Positions 19,524 to 27,779 of a stretch of DNA of 32,000 bases are shown in pieces; position 1 is the first letter of the stretch, and every line of letters starts with the position of its first letter. The notes under the pieces were generated by a model. It was given only the letters and a program-made list of their open reading frames with translations, was not told the DNA's origin and did no database searches. Made by a program: the position numbers and the translations under genes. The stretch is from Nostoc punctiforme PCC 73102. GTDB lineage: Bacteria; Cyanobacteriota; Cyanobacteriia; Cyanobacteriales; Nostocaceae. The stretch lies in NCBI RefSeq assembly GCF_000020025.1, contig NC_010633.1:1-32000 (forward strand). Reading direction: 5' to 3'.

Positions 19524-19787
19524 TTATAAAACCGAAATTACTTACCCATAAGGAGATAACATCCACTTAATAGAAGGGCGAGTTTGGGAATTAGATCAAA
19601 ATCTAGAATTAACCACTGAAGAGATTTTTGAGATTGTGTGTCAAGAATACCACCTAAATGCTGACTTGATAGAAAAAGAACTAAATTGTAAATGTCCATT
19701 TGCCTTAACTGGCTTTTTAATGGAATTAGAACGGACAGAACTTTCCTATTATTTGAAAAGTGAAGAAATGGTTGAGGGAGAATAAAT

Positions 19788-20201
19788 ATGCTTGTCATGA
19801 ATAATGATTTTATTGACCAGCTACGTGAAGAATTAGATATTTGGGATAATTCTCCAACGGAGTGTGATGGGCATAGCAAAGTTCTCTCTACTATTTTATT
19901 TAATAAGGGTATTGAACATATAATTTGCTGCGGTTCATTCCAATGGATTGGGCATGGTCAAGTGTCACCGCATTATTGGATTGAGTTGCCGAGTGGGAAC
20001 CTAACAATTGATTATCGAGCCAGAATGTGGTGTCGTGTTATGAAAAATCCACAATTAGTTGATGTAGAAGTTCCGCACAGTATATTTAAGAGTGCATATT
20101 GGAATCAGGTTGAATACACCAAGATACAAAAACTTATTCCAGAAGAATTCGGCATACCTCTAGAAGACTGGTTGTTTAAAATCTTAACTGTATCTATTTA
20201 A
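19788..20201 (+). CDS. Small protein with a possible transglutaminase/papain-fold Cys-His-Asp arrangement
   Basis: TECDGHSKVLSTILFNKGIEHIICCG ... SPHYWIEL.SGNLTIDY fits the C..(helix)..GI....G / HxW.E / D order of transglutaminase-like cores. GAGGGAG lies upstream of the ATG. Confidence 0.55.
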   Translation: MLVMNNDFIDQLREELDIWDNSPTECDGHSKVLSTILFNKGIEHIICCGSFQWIGHGQVSPHYWIELPSGNLTIDYRARMWCRVMKNPQLVDVEVPHSIFKSAYWNQVEYTKIQKLIPEEFGIPLEDWLFKILTVSI

Positions 20202-20229
20202 AGGCTTTGGATGGTGATGCTTGATATTT

Positions 20230-20248
20230 AAACTAAATTGTTTAGTTT
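20230..20248. terminator. AT-rich perfect hairpin between convergent genes
   Basis: AAACTAAA ttg TTTAGTTT: an 8-bp stem made only of A/T plus one C-G pair. It lies between the 3' ends of 19788..20201(+) and 20326..21642(-). This is a weak candidate. Confidence 0.25.
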
Positions 20249-20325
20249 GCGCTTGGACGTAATGCGCTCTCAAGCAGCAATTCATTATGTTAAAGATGAA
20301 GTTAGTTGTTGAAAATTGAAAAATT

Positions 20326-21642
20326 TCACTGTAGTTGCTTGAATTTATTATTTGCCGATAGCAATAACTCTTGAGCTTTTAAATAAACAGTTGTACCTTT
20401 TTCCACCTTTTCTAATTGGTTAATAATACTGTGTAACTGACTAATTACACGATTGCGCTCCAAATTTTTGGGGTCAGTGGGAATTGAAGCCATTAAGCTT
20501 TCTATTTCTTGTTGTGCTGTTGCCAAAGCCTGTACAGAATCTGCCTCAGCTTGTCGTCTTACTTTGACTTGACCCAAATTAGTCTCATAAGTTGCTAATA
20601 ACTTTTGTGCTTCTGCATAACCTGCCACATCTGACGCAGAAACTTCTTTTAACCGCTCAATGGCTTCTGACCATAAATTTTCTATTTGTTCCCATTCGGT
20701 GACTGTGTGCGGTGGATTTTGGCCAGATTTAGCAGCTTGCCAAGAAAATTGCTGCGCTGCGGTAATTAAAGCACTGACGTGTTCATTTCCCGCTGCTAAT
20801 CCCACAACTTCTTTAAAATCACGCTTGTAGGCATCTAGTTGATTTTGAGCAGTTCTTCCGGCTAAGGTTTGGCCAGGAATTTCTTCTAACTTATCCAGTG
20901 CTGAACGCCAAGCTGCGAACGCCGACTTTTTATCGGTTACTGTTGTAGCAATTTGATACTGCTGTTTTGCATTCAATAATGCTTGACTATTATCAGTGAG
21001 CAAGGTTTGAGCGTTTTTTTCCTGAAAAACCTTGGCTTCTAGTTGCCCTACTTGACGACGCGCTGCATTCAGACCGTAAACGCTGAACCGCCAGTCATAC
21101 CACCAATATTTGTATTCAGGCCAATCGTTAACCAACCCAACTGGCAAGTTATCCAAATGTGTTTTTGTCTGTTGCAGTTGCTGTTCACCCAACGCTAAAT
21201 CTGCTGCACTAGTGGGTTTTTCAATCAAGTATTCAGCTTGCTCAATTGATGCCAACGCCTGCCGATAGTGCTGTTCCATGCTCATGTAACTGGGTAGCAA
21301 CAAAAAAGGCGCATTTTGCACCACAGTCCGGCGAATTATTGAGTAAGGCAGATTCGCCACCCAAACCACACCTGCGGGAATGCCGATAAGTATTACTATC
21401 CATATCAACTTAGTACCTATACCTCTGTTGGCTTTGCTAGGTCTTTTTTGATGGGATGTACTGCTAATCTGCCCCTGTGCAGCTATTTCTTGTTCTAATT
21501 CAGCCAGAGTTTTTGATTTTGATGGTTTTGCTGGTTGCTTCAGCACTATAGGTTGTTGGCTGGTTACAGATGAATTTATCCCAGAAGCATTTTGAGAGTT
21601 ATTACGAGAAAATTTTTGAGTAATTTTGTGTAAAAAGGTCAT
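20326..21642 (-). CDS. Membrane-anchored helical / coiled-coil-like protein (438 aa)
   Basis: The N-terminal region is Ser/Gln-rich, followed by a single TM (LIWIVILIGIPAGVVWVANL) and a long Ala/Gln/Glu-rich helical region. Confidence 0.75.
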   Translation of the reverse strand: MTFLHKITQKFSRNNSQNASGINSSVTSQQPIVLKQPAKPSKSKTLAELEQEIAAQGQISSTSHQKRPSKANRGIGTKLIWIVILIGIPAGVVWVANLPYSIIRRTVVQNAPFLLLPSYMSMEQHYRQALASIEQAEYLIEKPTSAADLALGEQQLQQTKTHLDNLPVGLVNDWPEYKYWWYDWRFSVYGLNAARRQVGQLEAKVFQEKNAQTLLTDNSQALLNAKQQYQIATTVTDKKSAFAAWRSALDKLEEIPGQTLAGRTAQNQLDAYKRDFKEVVGLAAGNEHVSALITAAQQFSWQAAKSGQNPPHTVTEWEQIENLWSEAIERLKEVSASDVAGYAEAQKLLATYETNLGQVKVRRQAEADSVQALATAQQEIESLMASIPTDPKNLERNRVISQLHSIINQLEKVEKGTTVYLKAQELLLSANNKFKQLQ

Positions 21643-21759
21643 ATATAGATTCAGTGCTTAGTTTAGTATTCCCCAACTAAGCTCGAAATAAAAACAATAC
21701 GTGGCTTTTTACAAAAGCTCCAAGGCAGGATGCATCAGGAAGCTTCGTTGTGGCAGTCA

Positions 21760-22248
21760 TTATCGATAAACAGATATTGGGCTGGCATATTCAAGCAATC
21801 GTTCCCATCCCCAAACCCATGCAGTTTTTACTCTTATCTCTTTACCGTTGCTGAATTTGATAAATTCTCCAGCTCCGTCAAAAAATACATCAACAACCAA
21901 TTGATTCCGCACATCGCGTCCCCACATTTTTTCTGCGGCATTCCACCACCGTTGCCCAGGTGAAGAGAACATCTCCCTTTCTAAATATTCATCACGCCAT
22001 GCTTTAGGTTTCCAATTATCTTGTAACGCACGGATTAATAAAGCATTGGGGAAAATCTCTTTCTCATGTTCACTCAGCCACAGTGCATATTCAATTGCAC
22101 TTCGCAAGGCATCCTCTAAGTCTAAAGAACAACCTTCAAGTGCATCTTGAACTTCGGCATCTGCAAAATTAACACCGATAGTTAAGAGCGCTGGTTCGTA
22201 TTTTTTAAATACCTCGTACTCAACCGATTCCTTTTCCCAAAACCACAT
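21760..22248 (-). CDS. Hypothetical protein (162 aa, Trp-rich)
   Basis: ORF only; no motif recognised. Confidence 0.6.
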   Translation of the reverse strand: MWFWEKESVEYEVFKKYEPALLTIGVNFADAEVQDALEGCSLDLEDALRSAIEYALWLSEHEKEIFPNALLIRALQDNWKPKAWRDEYLEREMFSSPGQRWWNAAEKMWGRDVRNQLVVDVFFDGAGEFIKFSNGKEIRVKTAWVWGWERLLEYASPISVYR

Positions 22249-22343
22249 AGTATACCCCTAACTATGTTGAACTCCATTTATAGTAGATTAATCGTAATTG
22301 AAGAACTGGTAATTAAATCGCTACGCATTTTTAGAATCAGGAA

Positions 22344-22643
22344 ATGCCCCAAAAATCTCAGTCACGTTATCCAGAAAATTGGTCAGATATCGCTCTTGAT
22401 GTCAAACAATCTGTAGGGTGGCGTTGCTCTAAGTGTGGCTTACAGTGCATTCGCCCCGGTGATGATACGTCCGAACTTTCCCGTTCTCTTAGAACGGCGC
22501 TAACACTAACAGTACATCATAAAAATTTTCTGCCAGAAGATAATCGTCGAGAAAATTTATATGCGTTATGCACAGCTTGTCACCTCAGTTTTCATACGCG
22601 CCGCAGGGGAAATGTATCGCCAGGACAATTATCTTTATTTTGA
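22344..22643 (+). CDS. HNH endonuclease
   Basis: CSKCGLQC ... LTVHHKNFLPEDNRRENLYALCTACHLSFH gives the CxxC, HH..N..N and CxxCH..H pattern of the HNH fold. Confidence 0.85.
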   Translation: MPQKSQSRYPENWSDIALDVKQSVGWRCSKCGLQCIRPGDDTSELSRSLRTALTLTVHHKNFLPEDNRRENLYALCTACHLSFHTRRRGNVSPGQLSLF

Positions 22644-22750
22644 GCCAGCTTCTTATTGAACTAAGGTACTGCAAAAGCGCCACCAGCAGAATGAACTACC
22701 TTTATCTCTGATTCCTGGGCGGGAGCAAGAACCAAGTAAATTGAATAGTT

Positions 22751-23005
22751 TTATTGAATTTCCATTTCTGCCATAAGACATTGAAGCTCCCAGGTTAGCC
22801 CTTCAAAGTCAGGCATATTTTCCTCTCTATCACGCGAGTAAGCGCTTGGTTCTATGCCGATGACTTCAGTTCCCACACGCACATCTGCTACGTGATTCAT
22901 TCGACTGCACATCGGATACGCTTGTGTATCCCCTATTTTTTTGTAGGTGTCTTCACCGTTCGGAAAACAAAATAAATCGCCGCGCTGTAAATCTGAGAAT
23001 TTCAT
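22751..23005 (-). CDS. Hypothetical protein (84 aa)
   Basis: ORF only. Confidence 0.5.
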   Translation of the reverse strand: MKFSDLQRGDLFCFPNGEDTYKKIGDTQAYPMCSRMNHVADVRVGTEVIGIEPSAYSRDREENMPDFEGLTWELQCLMAEMEIQ

Positions 23006-23043
23006 ATTTCTAAAAGTTTTGTTATTTAGTTTGCTGGTTTTTA

Positions 23044-23457
23044 CTATTTTTGCACTTCATTAAGCAAATATTGATCAATCCGCTCCCTCATGTGGTTTAG
23101 AGCCGATTGAATATCTGAGAATGCTTGCCTTTCTTGTGATACCATTTCTGATTGCGCGGGTACATATAATTCAGCCCAGTAGCAGTACAAGTATGGATCA
23201 AACCACACATCAATGATGCAGTCTCTATACCAACCTCGTGAATAGTATTTATCGATCTGTTCTTTCATGTAAGCTACAGCCGATTGAATATCTGAGAATG
23301 GTTGCCTTTGTTGCATCAACATTCTATTGCGTACCGGGGCATATAATTCAGCCAGGTAACATCTGCGCCTGTCATCACGCCAAACATCAATACTACAGCC
23401 TTTGTATTTCTCGGAGTGCTTTAAATCCTCGGACAACAAATCAATCATGGTGAACAC
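23044..23457 (-). CDS. Hypothetical protein built from two tandem ~59-aa repeats
   Basis: CSIDVWRDDRRRCYLAELYAPVRNRMLMQQRQPFSDIQSAVAYMKEQIDKYY aligns with CIIDVWFDPYLYCYWAELYVPAQSEMVSQERQAFSDIQSALNHMRERIDQYL. At DNA level AGCCGATTGAATATCTGAGAATG recurs at ~23101 and ~23278. The start may be the fourth codon (ATG at 23448). Confidence 0.7.
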   Translation of the reverse strand: MFTMIDLLSEDLKHSEKYKGCSIDVWRDDRRRCYLAELYAPVRNRMLMQQRQPFSDIQSAVAYMKEQIDKYYSRGWYRDCIIDVWFDPYLYCYWAELYVPAQSEMVSQERQAFSDIQSALNHMRERIDQYLLNEVQK

Positions 23458-23597
23458 CGTTTTGCTTATGAATAGCGGTCTTGATACCTAAGAGCGTAAA
23501 AGTTTCTCGTTTCTTTGATTACAAGTTTTAGCATTATTTATTCAATTATCTAATAAACTTAGGCTAATTGGAAAGCTGATTTCTTATTGATACTTCT

Positions 23598-23741
23598 GCC
23601 GTGGTTGTCCGCGATGCCGTAACCACGCCGTAGGCTACGACCTATACAGGGTATGAATTGCCGTGATTGCTGCCGGATGCCGTAGACACCCATTAAAGCC
23701 CGTAAAACAGACCTGATTCTCACCACGGCATTACGGCATTA
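23598..23741. repeat. Cluster of TGCCGTA-type 7-mers (direct and inverted) immediately 3' of the FtsK-like ATPase gene
   Basis: GCCGT cores occur at 23598, 23616 (aTGCCGTAa), 23627 (cGCCGTAg), 23659 (tTGCCGTGa) and 23679 (aTGCCGTAg), with GCCCGTAA at ~23698. Inverted tandem copies are cACGGCATTACGGCATTAcc (23724-23741). GTGGTT(23601-23606)/AACCAC(23621-23626) form a small hairpin around one copy. Confidence 0.65.
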
Positions 23742-23744
23742 CCT

Positions 23745-25568
23745 TCACCAATCAGGCAGAGAGTAGCTATCATTCCCATCAGGATTTACCTGATCAGTCT
23801 TAACTAATTCAGCTAACCCATCAATTAATTCTTGCTCTGAATAACCAGATAACCTGTCTGCTTTCTTCAAATCGCGTAATGTTTTTGGGGTTTTCGACTT
23901 CACATTCTGGAAGTATTCATAAATCTTTTTAGCCACCTCAGATAATGGTTTGGGATGTATCTGGTGAGCCGGACTTAAATTAAATTCCAGGTCAAATACT
24001 CTATCTAAATATTCCTGCTCCGAAGCAATCGGCTTGACTTGATTAGATAATTGTGGCATTAATGCCACAACAAAACCCCCAACAGAAGCAATCATCACTG
24101 GGCGTAAGTTTTGATAGGAGACTGTTTTTACTGACAAGTATTTAGATTTAATTTGCTCCCGCTCTTGTTTACCTGGAATAATGTCACCTCTATTTAAAAT
24201 CAACTCCAGTACCCCATAAGATTCTTGTTCCCTTCCGTTCTTGATATATCTGTTACCTAGCAACAATAAATTGAGACAGAGACGAGTTTGAGCGTCCATC
24301 TTTTCAATGCCCAATGCTGCCAGATTAAAAGACTGTAGGGAAGCAATAAACTTAGTGTTAAACTCTCGACCAATCAGCAGAACATCAAGCAATTTACTCC
24401 CATAATTCCAATCAGAGTAAAGCTTGCTTAATGAGTCAGCAATTACTAGCCAATCATCCAGAATTAGAATCAATGGTGGTAAGGATTCGCGCTTTGATTC
24501 TGGTAGTTGCTTACGCTTTTTGTACGAGGTGTAAAAGCGGTCAATGACTTCTTTAGCTAGGTCTGGGTTTTCCCCGTCAAAAACAATTACCCTTTCTTTC
24601 TCTCGCAAACCACAGAAACTATCATTCTTAGCACTAATTACCCAAATATCCGCGTTGGGGGAATCTGCAAGGATTTTCTCAATCAAATAATTGAGGGTTA
24701 CTGATTTACCGCTTCCCGGCGCGGCGACTAAAGCAGTGGAACTATCGGCTCTGGCTAGGGCTTGCAAAGTATTGAGGGCAAGAGCTTCTGATGGGTCAAG
24801 GCTAGTAGCAGTATTTTGTCCTAATGTCTGCTGTTGTTCCCCAGTAACTTTATCGTCACCCCTGGCGATATCCTGCATTGACTGCCCCGGTAATGCTGCG
24901 GCTGGTTGTCCAGTCGCCTGTTGCAGTTGCACCCGTGCTTCTGCCTCCGCCCTCAAACGTACCTGCTCTTGAAAGATGGCTAACTCTTGCGGTGTCATTT
25001 GTGACAATTGTGCTGCTCTTAGCCGTCGATTCTCTGACCATTGGTGAAACTCGTAGTCTAGTTGGGCGCTATATGCTTCCTTATGGAGCCTTAACCCGTA
25101 CCAAAGTTTAGAAATTAACCAATTGCTACGAATTTCTTCTTGAACAGAGGGCATTAGTTGCATTAATCGCCATTCCCTAGCTTTGGATAACCCATAAGCT
25201 CCACCAACCAATAGCACTGAAGCTAATCCCCACAAAGCCTTATCCGGGTTACTTGGTTCTATTATTCTTAAGCGGGTAGCTTTGGTAGGCAGGAAGTTAT
25301 CACGCTGAAACTCTGGGTTAGCTGGTGCATAAGAAGAGGCATAAAACTCCGATTCAGGCATTATGTAACGCTTGTTGGGAGTGCAGTACCTTTGCTGATT
25401 AACGGGTTTGGTGAGCGTTGAGGGGATGAAACAATATTCAACTAAACTAATCATCGTGCCAGTAAATGACTTTGCCCCACAAATTAACCCAATAGTTGCC
25501 AGCACCCCCACAGTAATATTGTTGGCTATTCCTGATCGTAAATAATCCTCAAACTGCTTACGTTTCAT
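23745..25568 (-). CDS. Membrane-anchored P-loop DNA-translocase-like ATPase (FtsK/SpoIIIE/TraB-like or T4 coupling-protein-like)
   Basis: N-terminal TM segments: ITVGVLATIGLICGA and ALWGLASVLLVGGAYGL. Walker A is LVAAPGSGKSVT and Walker B is PPLILILDDWLVIAD, followed by IGREFNTKFIASLQSF...RLCLNLLLLG (an FtsK/HerA-like arrangement). The C-terminal ~60 aa look like a winged helix (AKKIYEYFQNVKSKTPKTLRDLKKADRLSGYSEQELIDGLAELVK). I place the start at ATG 25568 because it overlaps the upstream stop (ATGA). The tracked 25637 start adds 23 poorly supported residues. Confidence 0.8.
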   Translation of the reverse strand: MKRKQFEDYLRSGIANNITVGVLATIGLICGAKSFTGTMISLVEYCFIPSTLTKPVNQQRYCTPNKRYIMPESEFYASSYAPANPEFQRDNFLPTKATRLRIIEPSNPDKALWGLASVLLVGGAYGLSKAREWRLMQLMPSVQEEIRSNWLISKLWYGLRLHKEAYSAQLDYEFHQWSENRRLRAAQLSQMTPQELAIFQEQVRLRAEAEARVQLQQATGQPAAALPGQSMQDIARGDDKVTGEQQQTLGQNTATSLDPSEALALNTLQALARADSSTALVAAPGSGKSVTLNYLIEKILADSPNADIWVISAKNDSFCGLREKERVIVFDGENPDLAKEVIDRFYTSYKKRKQLPESKRESLPPLILILDDWLVIADSLSKLYSDWNYGSKLLDVLLIGREFNTKFIASLQSFNLAALGIEKMDAQTRLCLNLLLLGNRYIKNGREQESYGVLELILNRGDIIPGKQEREQIKSKYLSVKTVSYQNLRPVMIASVGGFVVALMPQLSNQVKPIASEQEYLDRVFDLEFNLSPAHQIHPKPLSEVAKKIYEYFQNVKSKTPKTLRDLKKADRLSGYSEQELIDGLAELVKTDQVNPDGNDSYSLPDW

Positions 25569-26143
25569 TGGTTTGTCCCCCTCGCCATAGCTGCAAGCAA
25601 CAACACTCCCAATGCTGCCAACCCGATCATTAACCAAGGGGTATCAGTCTGGGGACTGGGCTTAACTTCGTACTGTCTTACTTCTGAATAGAACCTTGTC
25701 TTACCTGTCTTGGTCGCTCCTGACACAGCCCGATATTCATCAAACGCCACCCAAAGAGTTGCCCCTACGCTTGCAGTTTGGGCAGTCGCTACCAAAAAAT
25801 CTTTGTCAATGTGGATTTGTCCGTCGTAGTGAAGCTTGGTCAGGGTATTGGCGAAGAATAGCCCCAGTACAATGCTGCCCAATGTGCCAGAAGCCATTGC
25901 CCCAATTCCAAGAGTTGTGAGTAGGCTGACTCCAGCATTGGCGGTGAACACTCCCAAGAATGTAGCCAGTGCTTTGTTTAGCAGTTGTTTGTTACTGAAG
26001 ACATCACGAATGGATTGCTCTAACCGTTCGCCGTCTTCGCTCTCCGGGGTCGGTTTTTCTGAAGTAGTTTCACCCCAGAGCATTGGTGTGGACTGTTCAC
26101 TGGTGTTTTGGAACTGCGATAATAGGGAATCAATTTCATTCAT
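25565..26143 (-). CDS. Membrane protein (192 aa) translationally coupled to the ATPase
   Basis: Several TM segments: LATFLGVFTANAGVSLLTTLGIGAMASGTLGSIVLGLFFA, VGATLWVAF and WLMIGLAALGVLLLAAMA. I place the start at ATG 26143 (MNEIDSLL). The tracked extension to 26287 runs through a GC-rich inverted repeat. Confidence 0.7.
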   Translation of the reverse strand: MNEIDSLLSQFQNTSEQSTPMLWGETTSEKPTPESEDGERLEQSIRDVFSNKQLLNKALATFLGVFTANAGVSLLTTLGIGAMASGTLGSIVLGLFFANTLTKLHYDGQIHIDKDFLVATAQTASVGATLWVAFDEYRAVSGATKTGKTRFYSEVRQYEVKPSPQTDTPWLMIGLAALGVLLLAAMARGTNQ

Positions 26144-26169
26144 GTTTACCTCGCGTGGGTGAAACAGAA

Positions 26170-26344
26170 AAAGCCAGAGTCTAGAAGAGGCTTCGGGGCG
26201 GAGGGGCAGAGGGGCAGAGGAGAGGTTACAGTCCATTCCCCCTTGCACCCCTGCTTGCCCTAACGAAGAAACATCGGTTCCTAACAAGTTCCCCCCTGCT
26301 CCCCTGCACCTCTGCTCCCCTGCTCTCTTCTGTCTGCTGGCTTT
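26170..26344. repeat. GC-rich imperfect inverted repeat (~55-nt arms) between operon genes; dispersed-repeat or MITE-like
   Basis: The left arm is AAAGCCAG..AGAAGAG..GGGGCAGAGGGGCAGAGG (26170-~26225). The right arm is its approximate complement, CCTGCTCCCCTGCACCTCTGCTCCCCTGCTCTCTTCT..CTGGCTTT (~26291-26344). The 16-mer CCTCTGCTCCCCTGCT (26309-26324) recurs at 17049-17064. Confidence 0.6.
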
Positions 26345-26357
26345 CGACTAATTACGG

Positions 26358-27029
26358 TTAGATGCCCATGAAGTTGCGAAACCACTGCCCTACTCGGCTA
26401 ATCCCAGCAGTGCGCGAGTAATTGGGCTTGGGTATGCGGTCGGTTTTCGCTTCACTGCCGTTTGTCCACAGTGCGCTAGTTACCGCAGTTTCATAAGCGC
26501 GATCTGCTGCGTCTTGGGCTTCTGGCACTTTGTTAGAAGCTTTGATTAAATCAGCCTCATATTTTGCGATCGCCATCAAGTCGGCAGTAGCCCCAGATAT
26601 CTGAATCAAGGATGAGCGTTGCGCGTGACGGGTGGCCTCGGCAGTGGTGGCGTTGACGTGTTCCGCCTGCATTTCGGTCATCTCGTTCTTAAAACGCTGT
26701 TCTCCTGTCTTACTGGTGTTGATAGCTTTCAGGGTTTGCGTACCGTGCTTCTGGGTGAGTTGCACCAGTTCTGCATAGGCTTGGTTTATATCGCCTGTGG
26801 TTTCAATGATTTTCCGGTATACCTCCAAAGCTTTAGGCAGATTAGCCTTAGCTGTGTCAGACAGTCGCGCCATATCTGCAATTTTGGTGATTACCGTTTG
26901 GTCGCCAAGGAGGGCTTTGTTGAAGTCCGATTCTGAGACATCAAACAGTCTGCCCATTGCTCCTAACGTACCGGGGGCATTGTTGTGAATATGGTTTTTG
27001 AGTTTTGCTGCTCCGTAATTTCTAGCCAT
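26358..27029 (-). CDS. Hypothetical helical protein (223 aa)
   Basis: AGGAGAATAA precedes the ATG and overlaps the stop of the upstream gene (8-nt gap). No motif recognised. Confidence 0.7.
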   Translation of the reverse strand: MARNYGAAKLKNHIHNNAPGTLGAMGRLFDVSESDFNKALLGDQTVITKIADMARLSDTAKANLPKALEVYRKIIETTGDINQAYAELVQLTQKHGTQTLKAINTSKTGEQRFKNEMTEMQAEHVNATTAEATRHAQRSSLIQISGATADLMAIAKYEADLIKASNKVPEAQDAADRAYETAVTSALWTNGSEAKTDRIPKPNYSRTAGISRVGQWFRNFMGI

Positions 27030-27037
27030 TTATTCTC

Positions 27038-27481
27038 CTAATAAGGTATTAAGTCGTAGTCGATATCGCTGTCTGGCTGGGGCAATTCATCCCAGTAACC
27101 CATCTCTTCAAATCGGCTATAAATTCTCGTTGCTAGTTGCCGTATTGGATCATCAAAATCATCAGAGATTAAATCAAATCTGTTCTCACCAAATGCCAAG
27201 AGATTTGCAATGTCTGGGTCAATACCATTGCCCAAAAATTGACCAAATGCAGCAGAGTATGGATGGTCATCGATAGTTGAATGAGTTGCTAGAAATTCCG
27301 TCCCGGTGAAGGGTGGGTAATCTTCACTCTCGAATATTGGTGTGTCAAGTGCCTTAATATCTGCCTCAATCCTTGCTGCCCATTCTTCAGGATTTTCCGC
27401 TTTGAATTGCTGCTTTCTTAGGGCGGAGTCGGTCAGAGGTGATTTGCCCCAATCATTGGGATTTTTGTAGTCAAGTGTCAT
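27038..27481 (-). CDS. Highly acidic hypothetical protein (147 aa)
   Basis: Asp/Glu-rich throughout (ESEDYPP, DLISDDFDDP, PQPDSDIDYDLIPY). It sits in the operon. Confidence 0.7.
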   Translation of the reverse strand: MTLDYKNPNDWGKSPLTDSALRKQQFKAENPEEWAARIEADIKALDTPIFESEDYPPFTGTEFLATHSTIDDHPYSAAFGQFLGNGIDPDIANLLAFGENRFDLISDDFDDPIRQLATRIYSRFEEMGYWDELPQPDSDIDYDLIPY

Positions 27482-27601
27482 TTGTTAGAATCCTTAAGTA
27501 CAAATCGTTTTGCGGCGAGAGATACATCCTGATTAGGCGATCGCCAAGCTTGCCGGCAGATGCGATCGCTTCATCATCAGTTCTCACAAAACTCAACAAG
27601 T

Positions 27602-27772
27602 TCAAAAACCTCTCTCTGCACTTGGGTTTGGCTTAATTCTTTTCGTTTGCATGAGAGAGTCATTGAATATGAAAGGGGCATTGACTCGACAATTAGAGTG
27701 GTGGCTATAGCGCAGTTGTTGACCGCGAAATTCATACAAATGATGACGTTGCAAAGTTGTCGTTTCTAACAT
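27602..27772 (-). CDS. Possible small ORF (56 aa), not in the supplied track
   Basis: My own translation is MLETTTLQRHHLYEFRGQQLRYSHHSNCRVNAPFIFNDSLMQTKRIKPNPSAERGF. The ATG lies 7 nt after the stop of the upstream gene and is preceded by GAGGAA. Support is position only. Confidence 0.35.
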   Translation of the reverse strand: MLETTTLQRHHLYEFRGQQLRYSHHSNCRVNAPFIFNDSLMQTKRIKPNPSAERGF

Positions 27773-27779
27773 AAGTTCC

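Noticed and set aside
19095-19879. Minus-strand ORFs 19042..19224, 19095..19430 and 19538..19879, and a plus-strand frame at 19552-19785 (..LELTTEEIFEIVCQEYHLNADLIEKELNCKCPFALTGFLMELERTELSYYLKSEEMVEGE)
   Set aside because: The minus ORFs overlap plus-strand genes or the inverted-repeat region and look like AT-rich noise. The plus-strand frame reads protein-like and is preceded by AAGGAG, but it has no ATG, GTG or TTG near its 5' end. I do not call it a CDS.
23238-25111. ORFs 23238..23453, 24691..24972, 24856..25041 and 24878..25111
   Set aside because: They are embedded in or antisense to the duplicated-repeat gene and the ATPase gene. Their Ala/Pro/Arg-rich translations are typical of wrong-frame reading.
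25569-26287. Longer tracked starts for the ATPase (25637) and the membrane protein (26287), plus plus-strand ORFs 25696..25920 and 25836..26162
   Set aside because: The internal ATGs give ATGA coupling (25568) and avoid translating the GC-rich inverted repeat (26143). The plus-strand ORFs are antisense shadows.
26619-26988. Plus-strand ORFs 26619..26936 and 26797..26988
   Set aside because: They are antisense to the 223-aa operon gene, which has a strong Shine-Dalgarno sequence.
27439-27769. Plus-strand ORFs 27439..27636 and 27560..27769
   Set aside because: They run against the operon direction in a short inter-cistronic region. A minus-strand 56-aa ORF with a Shine-Dalgarno sequence fits better there, although it too is only weakly supported.
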